Shown: positions 37,375-47,494, counted from the stretch's first letter. The stretch: DNA of 58,004 nt from Nanobdellota archaeon (GCA_038046405.1 JBBSWI010000003.1:1-58004), one strand, 5' to 3'. The notes: generated by a model not told the origin, from the letters alone. Numbers and translations: made by a program.

Positions 37375-38826
37375 ATGAGTAATACTTTAATTTATATGAT
37401 AAAAGAAGATTATTCTGTATTGTTAGAGAAAGATTTTAGATTAAAGTTTTTTGATGCTGCAATATCAAAATTCGGAAGCCAGGCTGCTCTTGCAGAGTAT
37501 CTTAGCAATAAAATTAAAAATCGTAAGATAACCAGAGAAAACATCAAAGAATGGTTAAAGGGTAAACATAGATACGGGTGGGATATACTTACTCCCGTGA
37601 ATGTTATTAGACGCTTAGGTTCTATTAATTCCATCTCTTTTGATGATATAATGTCTCATGCAGTAAAATTTAATCCTGAATGGGAAGACCCAAGGAAACA
37701 ATGTTTATTAGTTCAAAAAAGGAGGATTTTAATTATAAAAAAATTTGATGGTTTATACTTGGATTTGGCTACAATTTTACCAGTAAAATCTTTGGAGGCT
37801 ATGCGATCAAGAAAAAGTTTGCCTTTATTTGTAAAGATAGATAATAATTTTATTAAGTTATGGTCGGGAGCTTCATGGAAAAAATCAGAAATTAATTTAG
37901 TTAGGCACTTAAGGTTAGATGATCTATTTTTTAAAGGATGCGCGATTTATATAAGCGAAGGGGTTAATAAAATAAATAGGGGTGCTTGTAATAGTTTTAT
38001 TGGTTTGGGGAATTCAGAACCTTCAATAATAAATTTATTTTTAAAATGGTTAAATTCTTATCTGATAAATTATAAACTTTCTTACCGTCTTGAGTATAAT
38101 GGGGTTCGTGTTAATGGAATCAAATTAAAAGAGTTTTGGTCTAAGAAAATTGATATTGAAAGCGAGTTCATAAAAATATACCTAAGAAAAAATTATAAAA
38201 GCAGTTTGATAAATAATTTTGGAACTCTTAACATAAGAATAGACAATACGGTATTAAAATCTTTTGTAATAAACTTACTAAAAGTTTCTAGAAGATTAAC
38301 CTTAAATAACAAGGGATGGCAAATTTCATATATTAAAGGTCTGCTTGCCTCTGAAGGTTCAGTTAATAATTATAATCACACATTGAAGGCAGTAACAATA
38401 GGCTCAACAAATCCAGATGAAAGGATTTTTATAAAAGCTTTGTTAAAAAAACTTGGCTTGAAATATTGCGAAGGCAAAAATCAATTAAATATTATAAATT
38501 GGAATTCATTCTATAAATTATTTACCTATGACGCATTTGAAATAGAACAAATAAATAACTATTCGAAGAAAGCTAGATTTATAATCGCATTTAAAAATCA
38601 TCAAAAAACTAAAAAATTGATTAAGTTATTTCCATTTAAACATAAGATATTTACTGCATATGATTGGCAGAAATACTATGGTCTGAAATACTATATTTCG
38701 GCTCATAAATTTTTAAATTCTCTTGTCAAAGAAGATTTATTGAAAACTAAGTTACTAAAAAACAAGAAATACTATTCTATAAATAAGTACAGACTAAAGG
38801 AATTAGAAAAAATTTGGAGTTTATAA
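37375..38826 (+). CDS. Free-standing LAGLIDADG endonuclease-like protein with HTH domains
   Basis: Two LAGLIDADG-like helices (GCAIYISEG, YIKGLLASEG), LGNSEP and KEFW motifs, N-terminal HTH (SQAALAEYL...ITRENIKEWLKG), C-terminal wHTH-like segment; very AT-rich. Confidence 0.7.
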   Translation: MSNTLIYMIKEDYSVLLEKDFRLKFFDAAISKFGSQAALAEYLSNKIKNRKITRENIKEWLKGKHRYGWDILTPVNVIRRLGSINSISFDDIMSHAVKFNPEWEDPRKQCLLVQKRRILIIKKFDGLYLDLATILPVKSLEAMRSRKSLPLFVKIDNNFIKLWSGASWKKSEINLVRHLRLDDLFFKGCAIYISEGVNKINRGACNSFIGLGNSEPSIINLFLKWLNSYLINYKLSYRLEYNGVRVNGIKLKEFWSKKIDIESEFIKIYLRKNYKSSLINNFGTLNIRIDNTVLKSFVINLLKVSRRLTLNNKGWQISYIKGLLASEGSVNNYNHTLKAVTIGSTNPDERIFIKALLKKLGLKYCEGKNQLNIINWNSFYKLFTYDAFEIEQINNYSKKARFIIAFKNHQKTKKLIKLFPFKHKIFTAYDWQKYYGLKYYISAHKFLNSLVKEDLLKTKLLKNKKYYSINKYRLKELEKIWSL

Positions 38827-40500
38827 TTCTTTAGACATATATGGACCATCTTTATTGTAATTAAGTGAATAATAATATTTGCGTACTCCAATACCAGAAA
38901 TAATTAACAACTTATCTTTCTCGTGTTTCCTGCATATATCTTCTGCCTTCTCAATCAATTTTTTTCCTATACCCTGGTGCTGTACAATGCCTTTTTCTCC
39001 GATAGGCGTTGCTTGGCCATAGACATGAAGCTCTCTTATGATCGCACTATTTTTTGTTATTTCTTTCCTTAAATTTTGGCTTGGAAATCTTAACCTGCAA
39101 AATCCAAGTATTAAATTTTTTTCTTTATTATCTGCTGAAATAAAAAATTCAGTTCCTTGGGAAGCATTATATCTTTCAACTAAGATTTCATAATCTTTAA
39201 CAATCTCATTTTTTGGCTCTCGGCAGCGTATGCAGTTACAGATTATTCCTTTTTCCTTTAATTTTTCTTGGACATATTGCCTTAAATTAGTCCGATCAAC
39301 GCCGGCAATGGTCATCTTAGTCGGAATGTCGCGCTGAACTCTCATTATGCGCAAATATTTTGGCACATTTCTTTTGAATTCAGATATTATCTCTGACGCT
39401 TCTTCTGTTGTAATCTCTTTGTACATGCCTTTTTTCCATAACTCATACAATGGAGTGCCAGGCATAACTAAACATGGATAAATCTTAAGCATATCTGGCC
39501 TAAAATCTTGATTTCTGAATAATTCTTTTAGTCCTTCGAGATCTTCTTTTCCATATTTATACAGTCCTAGCATGTAATGCGCATTAATCTTAAACCCGAG
39601 ATCCTTTAGAATGCGTATTGAGTTTATTGTATCTTTTATCGTATGGCCGCGATTGGTCTTTTTTAGAACTTCATTATATACTGACTGGATTCCTAGCTCG
39701 ATTCTTGTGCATCCAAGTGTGAGCATTTCATTTCCGTGCTCTAGAAGACCCCAATCTGGTTTTGTTTCTATAGTAAGTCCAATGCATCTTATCTTTGAAA
39801 TCTCGTTTCTTAATTGTTCTTTTTCTAGAGAGCATTCTTTCTTTGACTTTAATATCTTTTCTTGTATACTTTTTGTTCTTTCTGCATTTTCTATACTACC
39901 TGGAAGCTCAAAAAATTTCTTGAACTTGCTAAAGTTTAATTTTTCTCCTATGAAAAATATCTCAGAGAAGTCATTCATTGCCTTGAAGATATATTTGACA
40001 ATTTCCTCTTGGTATTCCTTAGGAAAACTTGGAAATGTGCCGCCCTGGATTATAACCTCTGCTTTTTCCGGAACCTGATTTAATAAGATGTATTGCTCTA
40101 ACCTGTTAAAAACAATCAAATAAGGATCATAATGGGCTCTTATAGCCCGCATAGTGCTTGGCTCATTTCCAGTGTATGACATCGGCATATCTCCGAAGTA
40201 AGATCCGGGGCCGCCCGGGCAGAAAGTGCATTTGCCGTGCTTACAAGAAATAGGCTTTGTCATTACTGCTATGGGTGCGACTCCTGAGATTGTCCTTACT
40301 GGCTTGGTTTTTATCAGTTCCGAAAATTTTGACTTTTGTTTTTCGCTTAAGTGCTCTAGAATTTCTATATTGGTGGGTATTTTTTTTAGTTTATATTTTT
40401 TAGAAACCTTGAGTTTTATTGAGTTAAAACTATCTTTGTCGTTTTTATTATCTTTCGTGGCAGTTTCTAAAATTTCGAGGCATGCCTGCTTCATTGTCAT
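38821..40500 (-). CDS. elp3: Elp3 tRNA uridine(34) acetyltransferase (radical SAM + GNAT)
   Basis: RTISGVAPIAV, CKHGKCTFCPGG, ETKPDW, RVQRDIP, CIRCRE, RELHVYG, QHQGIG. Likely start is ATG 40500 rather than 40608. Confidence 0.96.
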   Translation of the reverse strand: MTMKQACLEILETATKDNKNDKDSFNSIKLKVSKKYKLKKIPTNIEILEHLSEKQKSKFSELIKTKPVRTISGVAPIAVMTKPISCKHGKCTFCPGGPGSYFGDMPMSYTGNEPSTMRAIRAHYDPYLIVFNRLEQYILLNQVPEKAEVIIQGGTFPSFPKEYQEEIVKYIFKAMNDFSEIFFIGEKLNFSKFKKFFELPGSIENAERTKSIQEKILKSKKECSLEKEQLRNEISKIRCIGLTIETKPDWGLLEHGNEMLTLGCTRIELGIQSVYNEVLKKTNRGHTIKDTINSIRILKDLGFKINAHYMLGLYKYGKEDLEGLKELFRNQDFRPDMLKIYPCLVMPGTPLYELWKKGMYKEITTEEASEIISEFKRNVPKYLRIMRVQRDIPTKMTIAGVDRTNLRQYVQEKLKEKGIICNCIRCREPKNEIVKDYEILVERYNASQGTEFFISADNKEKNLILGFCRLRFPSQNLRKEITKNSAIIRELHVYGQATPIGEKGIVQHQGIGKKLIEKAEDICRKHEKDKLLIISGIGVRKYYYSLNYNKDGPYMSKEL

Positions 40501-40687
40501 AGAGATAACACAAAAAAAGTTATTTTTAAGTTTAACTATTAGAGTATTGTTAACTCTAAGGGGGCTGAAAGTCTTTAAAAGGCTTTCCACAGAAGTGTAT
40601 TGTTGCATTAAAGGGAGTTAAAGAAATTGATTATAATAATAAATATAAATAAAGAATTTATTTGTATTTCTTAACTAAATTTTCTAA

Positions 40688-40951
40688 TTAGTCTCTTTCT
40701 GCTCTTGCTTCTGCTTTTTGAACAGATTTAAGTGATTTATAGCTACCATCTGGTTGACCTAAAAATATATATTCATTTTTTTGTTTATCATAAATTATTA
40801 AATCTTTATACCCATCTCTGTTTATATCTAACTGAACGATTTTCGTTGGTTGTGCTGGTCTTGTTGTTGTATTAACTAGAGTTGTAACATTTAAACCAAG
40901 AGTAGTTCCTAATAATACTCCCCATAAATAATCACTTTTACTATATGTCAT
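40688..40951 (-). CDS. Small membrane-anchored protein with a Dx[DN]xDG Ca-binding/FG-GAP-like loop
   Basis: N-terminal TM; LDINRDGYKDLII...IFLGQPDGSY. Confidence 0.65.
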   Translation of the reverse strand: MTYSKSDYLWGVLLGTTLGLNVTTLVNTTTRPAQPTKIVQLDINRDGYKDLIIYDKQKNEYIFLGQPDGSYKSLKSVQKAEARAERD

Positions 40952-41024
40952 TGTGCTTTACCCCATATTTGTTAAATTTATATATAGAAGTGGAATATTT
41001 ACTCATTTATAAACCTTTCTATTT

Positions 41025-41046
41025 GTAACTACTTATAAAAAGTAAC
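41025..41046. promoter_or_regulatory. GTWAC-N12-GTWAC operator-like site
   Basis: GTAAC TACTTATAAAAA GTAAC, between two back-to-back BRE/TATA promoters. Confidence 0.65.
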
Positions 41047-41108
41047 AAACCGAAACATTTATATATATCTAAATCTAACATTTCTTAGAGATTTAGAGGT
41101 TTTTTAAG

Positions 41109-42410
41109 ATGAAAAAGATACTTATATTGATTATTGTATTCATGGCATTAAGCTTACTAGTTGCGAGTGTAGTTGTTAGTGCCAATGTCAAGGAAGACAA
41201 AAAAGTGGCTTATTTTAAAGTTCTGAATAGTGAAGGGAAAAATCTGGTTAAGAAATACCAAAGGTTTGAATTTGACAATAATATTGTAAGCATAGAAGCG
41301 CAAAAAAAAGACTTTGACAGATTAAAGAAAAACAAGAACATCAAGTTCATTGAAGACGTACAAGTCTATGAACCATTATCTTTTGCTGTAGATCCTTTAA
41401 CAATGAAGATTCCTGGGAGTGAAGATACTGGAATTACTGACACAAAAAGAGGCTGCAAACTATCAGATTATGGCCTGCCGCAGATAAACTACGGAATCAA
41501 GTATATGTATGAAGACATGAACTTAGTAAGGCCTAGCGGCGGTAGAAATGTCAGAGTAGCAGTCATTGACACCGGGGCAAATATATCACATGCTGACATA
41601 AGCAGAAGGGTAGTGTTGTGCAAAGACCTTACTGTTTTTCCTGCTGTAGACACTTGTGCAGACAGTTTGGCGCCTTACGGGCATGGAACTTTAGTTGCAT
41701 CAATTATAGCTGCCGATGGCGGTGCCGATGATATAGGGATGTATGGCATGGCACCAGAAGCACAGCTTTTGATATACAAGGTCTGCAACGGGAATTACTG
41801 CAGTGATGATTCTATTGCAAGGGGAATAACCGATGCCGTAAACAACAACGCAAATATAATAAGCATAAGTCTGGGCGGGAGCGCATTGACCAGCAACATA
41901 AAAAATGCCGTAGATTACGCAGCAGACAATAATGTGCTTGTTATTGCAGCAGCCGGAAATTATTTTGGAAACAATAACGTTAATACCATCATGTACCCTG
42001 GCGCATATTATAGAATTGCTTCAGTTGGTGCGATAGACTCAAATTACAATCCATGGGTCAATTCTGCAGCAGGGACTAATGATGGCGATTACATAAGAGA
42101 AGAGCGCGAAGTAGAATTAGCTGCTCCGGGAGTTCTGATAGTAGCTGCAAACAGCCAGGGCTGCTATGGATATGCAACGGGAACTAGCGTTGCAGCACCG
42201 CATGTCTCTGGACTGGCTGCAAAATTATGGGATGGAAATGCTGCAAATACAAGAGTCAATATGTGGAAGAGCGCTTATATGCATGATTTGTACATTGCAG
42301 GAGATGACACAATCACAGGCTTTGGAATGCCTACAATCAATATTCGAGATGCCGAATTTCCATTTGAAAAGACAATAAACACAAAAAACACACTGCCTAG
42401 GCGAAGGTAA
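41109..42410 (+). CDS. Secreted subtilisin-like S8 serine protease
   Basis: Signal peptide; VAVIDTG (D), GHGTLVAS (H), AAAGN, GTSVAAPHVSG (S). Confidence 0.95.
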   Translation: MKKILILIIVFMALSLLVASVVVSANVKEDKKVAYFKVLNSEGKNLVKKYQRFEFDNNIVSIEAQKKDFDRLKKNKNIKFIEDVQVYEPLSFAVDPLTMKIPGSEDTGITDTKRGCKLSDYGLPQINYGIKYMYEDMNLVRPSGGRNVRVAVIDTGANISHADISRRVVLCKDLTVFPAVDTCADSLAPYGHGTLVASIIAADGGADDIGMYGMAPEAQLLIYKVCNGNYCSDDSIARGITDAVNNNANIISISLGGSALTSNIKNAVDYAADNNVLVIAAAGNYFGNNNVNTIMYPGAYYRIASVGAIDSNYNPWVNSAAGTNDGDYIREEREVELAAPGVLIVAANSQGCYGYATGTSVAAPHVSGLAAKLWDGNAANTRVNMWKSAYMHDLYIAGDDTITGFGMPTINIRDAEFPFEKTINTKNTLPRRR

Positions 42411-42434
42411 TCTCTAATTTTATTTTAACTCCAT

Positions 42435-43728
42435 AGGCGAGAAGTCCCCTTTCGTAAGATAAGGGATGAAAGCCGTTATAGTTGCCATTGTATTCCTATC
42501 AAGTACAGAAAACTTTATAATGTTCTAAAAAGCTATGCTGACAGGCAAGGAATTCACTAATGACAACAGCATATAAATTTAGATTGTATCCAAAGAAAGA
42601 ACAGCAAGACAAGTTAGATTTATCTTTAGAAATTTGCAGACAAACTTATAATCATTTGCTATCAGGGTTTGATGAAAGATTTACAAAAAATGAGTTACAA
42701 AATTATATTCTTGATTTGAAAGTTGTAAATCCTCAAATGGATAATGTTCATTCTAAAGTTTTACAGATGGAAAATCAAAGATTGTTTGGAAATCTATCAT
42801 CGCTTTCACAATTAAAAAAGAAAGGCAGAAAAGTTGGAAGATTAAGATTCAAAGGAAAAAACTGGTTCAAAACTTTCACCTATAACCAATCTGGTTTCAA
42901 ACTAACACACATAAAAAATAAGAAAGGAATATTATTTCTTTCAAAGATTGGAGATATACCTATAAAATTACATAGACAGGTGGATGGAAAGATTAAAAGC
43001 ATTACGGTTAAAAAATCTCTTGGAAAATGGTATTGTTCTATTGTAACTGATGCTGTCATCAAAAGAGAATGTGGAACTGGAGAAATAGGGATTGATGTCG
43101 GAATTGAGAATTATATTTATGACAGCAATGGAAATGCTTATGAAAATCCAAAACATTTTGACAATTATCATCAAGAACTAAAGATTGCCCAACAATCTTT
43201 ATCAAAGAAAGTTAAAGGTTCAAATTCAAGAAAGAAAGCAAGATTGAAAGTTGCTAAAATTCACGAGAAAATGGCAAATGCAAGAAATGATTTTATTCAC
43301 AAGCTTTCTACAAAGCTTATCAAAGAGAATAAGTTTATTGCCATTGAAAAATTGAACATAAAAAATCTAATCGGAATTTCTTATAATGCTAAAAATATTG
43401 CTGATGCAAGTTGGGGAAAACTCTCTATGTATCTGCACTACAAAGCTGAAAACGCTGGTTGTGCAGTTATAGATGTAGACCCTGCTTACACAACAAGGAA
43501 TTGTAGTTTCTGTGGATACAGAAATAACAAATTAGAAATTTCTCAAAGAAAGTTTGTTTGTAAAAAATGCAACACAGAGCTTCCAAGAGATTACAATTCT
43601 GCGCTAAACATATTCGTTTGTGGCAAGGAACTTGCCATGATGGAGAAATCTTCCAATACTTATCATTCTGATAAGCAAGAAGTATCTATGAAGTCAGAAG
43701 CCCCACCTGTAAGGGTGGGGTAGTTCAC
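42435..43728 (+). mobile_element. IS200/IS605-family element, tnpB-only (IS1341-like)
   Basis: Left end AGGCGAGAAGTCCCCT...AAGGGA hairpin after CCAT; right end GAAGCCCCACCTGTAAGGGTGGGGTAGTTCAC hairpin ending in TCAC; no tnpA. The left boundary is approximate. Confidence 0.8.
42560..43723 (+). CDS. tnpB: TnpB RNA-guided endonuclease
   Basis: AYKFRLYP; RuvC IGIDVG, IAIEKLN, RDYNSALNI; zinc finger CSFC...CKKC. Confidence 0.96.
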   Translation: MTTAYKFRLYPKKEQQDKLDLSLEICRQTYNHLLSGFDERFTKNELQNYILDLKVVNPQMDNVHSKVLQMENQRLFGNLSSLSQLKKKGRKVGRLRFKGKNWFKTFTYNQSGFKLTHIKNKKGILFLSKIGDIPIKLHRQVDGKIKSITVKKSLGKWYCSIVTDAVIKRECGTGEIGIDVGIENYIYDSNGNAYENPKHFDNYHQELKIAQQSLSKKVKGSNSRKKARLKVAKIHEKMANARNDFIHKLSTKLIKENKFIAIEKLNIKNLIGISYNAKNIADASWGKLSMYLHYKAENAGCAVIDVDPAYTTRNCSFCGYRNNKLEISQRKFVCKKCNTELPRDYNSALNIFVCGKELAMMEKSSNTYHSDKQEVSMKSEAPPVRVG

Positions 43729-43762
43729 GAAATATTTATATAATTGTCATACAGCCCAGTCT

Positions 43763-44248
43763 TTGATGGTTAAAAGAGTCACAATAGAGAAAAGGCCTGC
43801 TCCTCTGTTAAAAAGAGGTTTCGCCTATATAATCGATGTTCTAATAATAGATTTAGTGATAGTGCTGCCTTTCAATAAGATAATCAAGAACATCCAAGGA
43901 AATGATGCCGGATTTTTTTACAATTATAAATTTTTACTGAATAATCCAGAAAAAACGTCACAATTACTTCTGATAAGCCTTGTAATAGGGGCCTTAAGCT
44001 TAGCGTACTGGACTATCCTAGAGTTTAAGCTTAGACAAAGCATAGGAAAGATAATAATGAACATCAAGGTGATGTCAAAAAAGAAAAATTTTTCTGCGAT
44101 GCAATGTTTCGTAAGAAATATAAGCAAGGTTATCACACTGCTTTTATTGATAGACATAATTTATCTCTTAATAAAAAGAAAGAATTCGCAGAGATATTTC
44201 GAAAAAATCTCTGACACGATAGTAACAGAAGAGGTGCTTAAGACATGA
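43763..44248 (+). CDS. RDD family membrane protein
   Basis: KRGFAYIID, QSIGK, RN, QRYFEKISDTIV. Confidence 0.85.
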   Translation: MMVKRVTIEKRPAPLLKRGFAYIIDVLIIDLVIVLPFNKIIKNIQGNDAGFFYNYKFLLNNPEKTSQLLLISLVIGALSLAYWTILEFKLRQSIGKIIMNIKVMSKKKNFSAMQCFVRNISKVITLLLLIDIIYLLIKRKNSQRYFEKISDTIVTEEVLKT

Positions 44249-45159
44249 ACAAATGGAAAATTGTTGTTATAGTACTAATTGCCTTGGGGATTATTAGCTA
44301 CTTACTATCTTTCTTAGTCAATGACTTCTCTACCGAGAAGATAGGGAATAAAATAGCGATAATACCTATATACGGAGCAATTACTCTAAATGAAAACAGC
44401 AATTTTTTTGACATTTCTGGCACTTCAACAAATAACATAATAGACGCCTTAAAAAAAGCAGAAGAAGATCCGAGCATTAAGGGAATTATTCTTGAAATAA
44501 ACAGCCCTGGCGGAACAGTAGTTGCAAGCGAAGAGATTGCAAATGCTGTAAAAAAGGCAAAAAAACCCGTAGTTTCATGGATAAGGGAAGAGGGGGCCTC
44601 TGGAGCATACTGGATTGCGTCAAGCAGCAAATATGTTGTAGCAGACCCTTTTAGCATTACAGGAAGCATTGGAGTCATAGGCAGTTATTTAGAATTTTCT
44701 GATTTGATGAAGAAATACGGCATTTCCTATGAGCAATTAACTTCTGGAGAATACAAAGACACAGGAAGCCCTTTTAAGAAACTAAATGACAAGGAAAAAG
44801 AACTTTTACAGAGCAAAATAAATAAGATACATGATTATTTTGTAGATGAAATTGCAAAAAACAGAAATATGGAGAAGGAAAAAGTAAAGGAGATTGCCAA
44901 CGGCGCTTTTTATCTAGGAATAGAAGCGAAAGAACTAGGATTAGTCGATGAACTTGGAAGCAAAGATGAAGCAGTAAACAAAGCGAAAGAACTAGCAGAT
45001 ATAAAAGACGCTTATCTTGTCACGTACCGAAGAAAAGCTTCGTTTTTTGATCTATTCAGCAATTCAATCGCCTATGGTTCATTTTATGTCGGAAAGGGCA
45101 TTTCATACGGGTTGAATGAGCAATTAAACAATAATAATTTTGACTTCAAAGCAATATAG
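44245..45159 (+). CDS. sppA: Signal peptide peptidase SppA (S49)
   Basis: INSPGG, GASGAYWIAS, TGSIGV, SGEYKD, GLVDELG. Confidence 0.96.
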   Translation: MNKWKIVVIVLIALGIISYLLSFLVNDFSTEKIGNKIAIIPIYGAITLNENSNFFDISGTSTNNIIDALKKAEEDPSIKGIILEINSPGGTVVASEEIANAVKKAKKPVVSWIREEGASGAYWIASSSKYVVADPFSITGSIGVIGSYLEFSDLMKKYGISYEQLTSGEYKDTGSPFKKLNDKEKELLQSKINKIHDYFVDEIAKNRNMEKEKVKEIANGAFYLGIEAKELGLVDELGSKDEAVNKAKELADIKDAYLVTYRRKASFFDLFSNSIAYGSFYVGKGISYGLNEQLNNNNFDFKAI

Positions 45160-45161
45160 AG

Positions 45162-46697
45162 ATGGCAAGCCGACTTGAGATTGTGCAAAAGTGCAAGAAT
45201 TTCTATGAAGAACTGTGCAAGGAAAATTATACCCATCTTATCGGATTGAAGGATGAGCTTAATGAAACTGAAGTATACCAAAAATACAGTTATATGTTTA
45301 CAAAAGACAACATAAAATTCATCAAGAGTCTGAATGAAAACTCTTCTGGACTTGAAAGAAGAAAAAACAATTTCCTGCTTAGCTTTATGATAGGCAATTT
45401 CATAGGGCTTAAATTAAGCAAGATAAGTGACGAAGCTGCGTTATTCTCGGCAAGAGCAACCATAGACTTTAACGGCAAGAAAATTCCTTATAGGGGTACA
45501 AGAAAATTAGTTTCTGAAGAGTCCCTTAAAGAAAACAGAGATTTAGTCTATGAATTAGAAAAACCAATAAAACAGAAACTTTTGAAATACAGCTCTGTTT
45601 TACTGAAGAAAGAATTAAGTATTTTAAAAGATTTTGGCTACAAAAATTATATAGAATATGTTTCAATCATAAAGGACATGGATTACTATAAGTTTAGGGA
45701 TGAATTAGCCCCATTCCTGAAGGAAACAGATTATGAATACTCCCAATTAATAAACAATTCACTAAAGAATATTGGCCTGGAAATTGGAAAGGCAACGCAT
45801 TACGACTACATTTTCCTAGCGAGAAACAAGAAATTTGACAAGTATTTTCCAAAAGAGAAAGTAGTAGAGACCCTAAAAAAAACACTTCTTGGCATGGGTT
45901 TTAATCTAGATAAACAGAAAAACATCGAACTAGACATAGAAGACAGGGAGAAAAAAGTTTCGAGGGCATTTGTGATGCACATTAAAGTTCCTGAAGAAAT
46001 TAAGCTGGTAATAAAGCCGCAGGGCGGCTATGACGATTATCATGCAATATTGCATGAGGCAGGCCATTGTGAGCATTATGCCAATGTGGATCCAGATTTG
46101 GACTTTGAGTTCAAGAATTTAGGAGACCATGCAGTCTCGGAAATATTTTCATTCTTGTTCGATTTCCTGCTCCAGGACGAGAACTGGCTAAAAACATACA
46201 CAAAAATGAATAGTCAGGAAAGAAAAGAATTTCTGGAATTTATTTATTTAAACGACCTTTATTTGTTCAGAAGATATATTGCAAAATTAATATACGAACT
46301 GAAATTATTCGGAAATGACTTAAGGAAATTAGACAACGGCTTCAATATAACCAAAGGGAAGTACAAGAACTTCGGAGAATGTTATAGTGATATTCTGACT
46401 AAAGCTACTAAATTCAAGTTTCCGATGAACTCTTATTTACTGGATGTTGACGGCGACTTTTATGTTGCCGATTACTTAAGGGCGTGGATTGCGGAAAGGC
46501 AACTAAGGCACAAGCTAAGACAGGAATATGGCCTGGAATGGTTCAAAAACAAAAAGGCCGGTGAATTTTTAAAGAAGCTTTACTTTTATGGAAACAGCAA
46601 AAATATCTATGAGTTAATGCAAGAATCAGGATTTGATGGGCTTGACACAACTTACATCTTTAAGGAGTTCAAGGATTTCTTAAACAAGCATTCTTAA
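45162..46697 (+). CDS. M3/M2-like zinc metallopeptidase
   Basis: ILHEAGHCEH with downstream VSEIFS; FYVADYLRAW. Confidence 0.75.
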   Translation: MASRLEIVQKCKNFYEELCKENYTHLIGLKDELNETEVYQKYSYMFTKDNIKFIKSLNENSSGLERRKNNFLLSFMIGNFIGLKLSKISDEAALFSARATIDFNGKKIPYRGTRKLVSEESLKENRDLVYELEKPIKQKLLKYSSVLLKKELSILKDFGYKNYIEYVSIIKDMDYYKFRDELAPFLKETDYEYSQLINNSLKNIGLEIGKATHYDYIFLARNKKFDKYFPKEKVVETLKKTLLGMGFNLDKQKNIELDIEDREKKVSRAFVMHIKVPEEIKLVIKPQGGYDDYHAILHEAGHCEHYANVDPDLDFEFKNLGDHAVSEIFSFLFDFLLQDENWLKTYTKMNSQERKEFLEFIYLNDLYLFRRYIAKLIYELKLFGNDLRKLDNGFNITKGKYKNFGECYSDILTKATKFKFPMNSYLLDVDGDFYVADYLRAWIAERQLRHKLRQEYGLEWFKNKKAGEFLKKLYFYGNSKNIYELMQESGFDGLDTTYIFKEFKDFLNKHS

Positions 46698-46715
46698 TTT
46701 ACTAAAATCTTCCAA

Positions 46716-47432
46716 CTATTCTAGGGTATATTCAAATCTTTTTAGCTTTGACAGATCAACTTTAGAAAATCCTTGTTTTGCCAGTGTTACTAAATCCGCC
46801 CTATAGAAACCTGTCCTGTTAATTCTATCAATGAGCTCTTCATCATTGGGTCCATCAAATTCATTGGGCCCATAGATTTCTATGCCTAGGTCTCTTAATA
46901 TAGAATCTGGGAGCATTATGTTAGATCTTTGTTGCAATAACAGCATTTTAACATTCTGTTTGTTTTTTAAACAAATAGTCTCTAAACGCCTATTTTTGTA
47001 TGTATACGTTGTTGCTCCGTCTACGCCATCCTTGCAGTCTATTGTCAAGTCGCTGGCCATGGCTATATTCAGATTACTAAGATCACCCATATGGCTATCA
47101 TCAATCGTGCTTGGGCATAAAGAATCATCATGAGAATGCAGCCCCATTATAATACAATAATTTCCGTTAAGATATCTGTGGTCATCCTTTGGAGAAAAAT
47201 TACCCCCATTTATTGATACCCCATCCTTATTTCCTTTCACGACATGTCCTACAAAATATTCATCTGAGAAAAAATCTTTGTAAACATTAAAACCCGATTC
47301 TATACCAAAATTGTTTAACCTTACCAAGCTGCGTAGATTTCTTTGAAATTCCCGCTCTTTAAATACTCTGGTAAGCAATTCTAATGTAATTGGAGTTATC
47401 TTTCTCTGCAATTTTTGAACATCAGATTTCAT
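46716..47432 (-). CDS. Hypothetical protein with a JAB/MPN(JAMM)-like motif
   Basis: IESGF...GLHSHDDSLCPSTIDDSHMGDL (E...HxH-x6-S-x2-D). Confidence 0.55.
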   Translation of the reverse strand: MKSDVQKLQRKITPITLELLTRVFKEREFQRNLRSLVRLNNFGIESGFNVYKDFFSDEYFVGHVVKGNKDGVSINGGNFSPKDDHRYLNGNYCIIMGLHSHDDSLCPSTIDDSHMGDLSNLNIAMASDLTIDCKDGVDGATTYTYKNRRLETICLKNKQNVKMLLLQQRSNIMLPDSILRDLGIEIYGPNEFDGPNDEELIDRINRTGFYRADLVTLAKQGFSKVDLSKLKRFEYTLE

Positions 47433-47472
47433 AAGAATGAAAACTCACGCTTGTTTATAAATATTCCTATTT

Positions 47473-47494
47473 GTAACTACTTTATAAAAGTAAC
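47473..47494. promoter_or_regulatory. GTWAC-N12-GTWAC operator-like site
   Basis: GTAAC TACTTTATAAAA GTAAC; the flanks are nearly identical to the 41025 copy (CTATTTGTAACTACTT). Confidence 0.65.
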
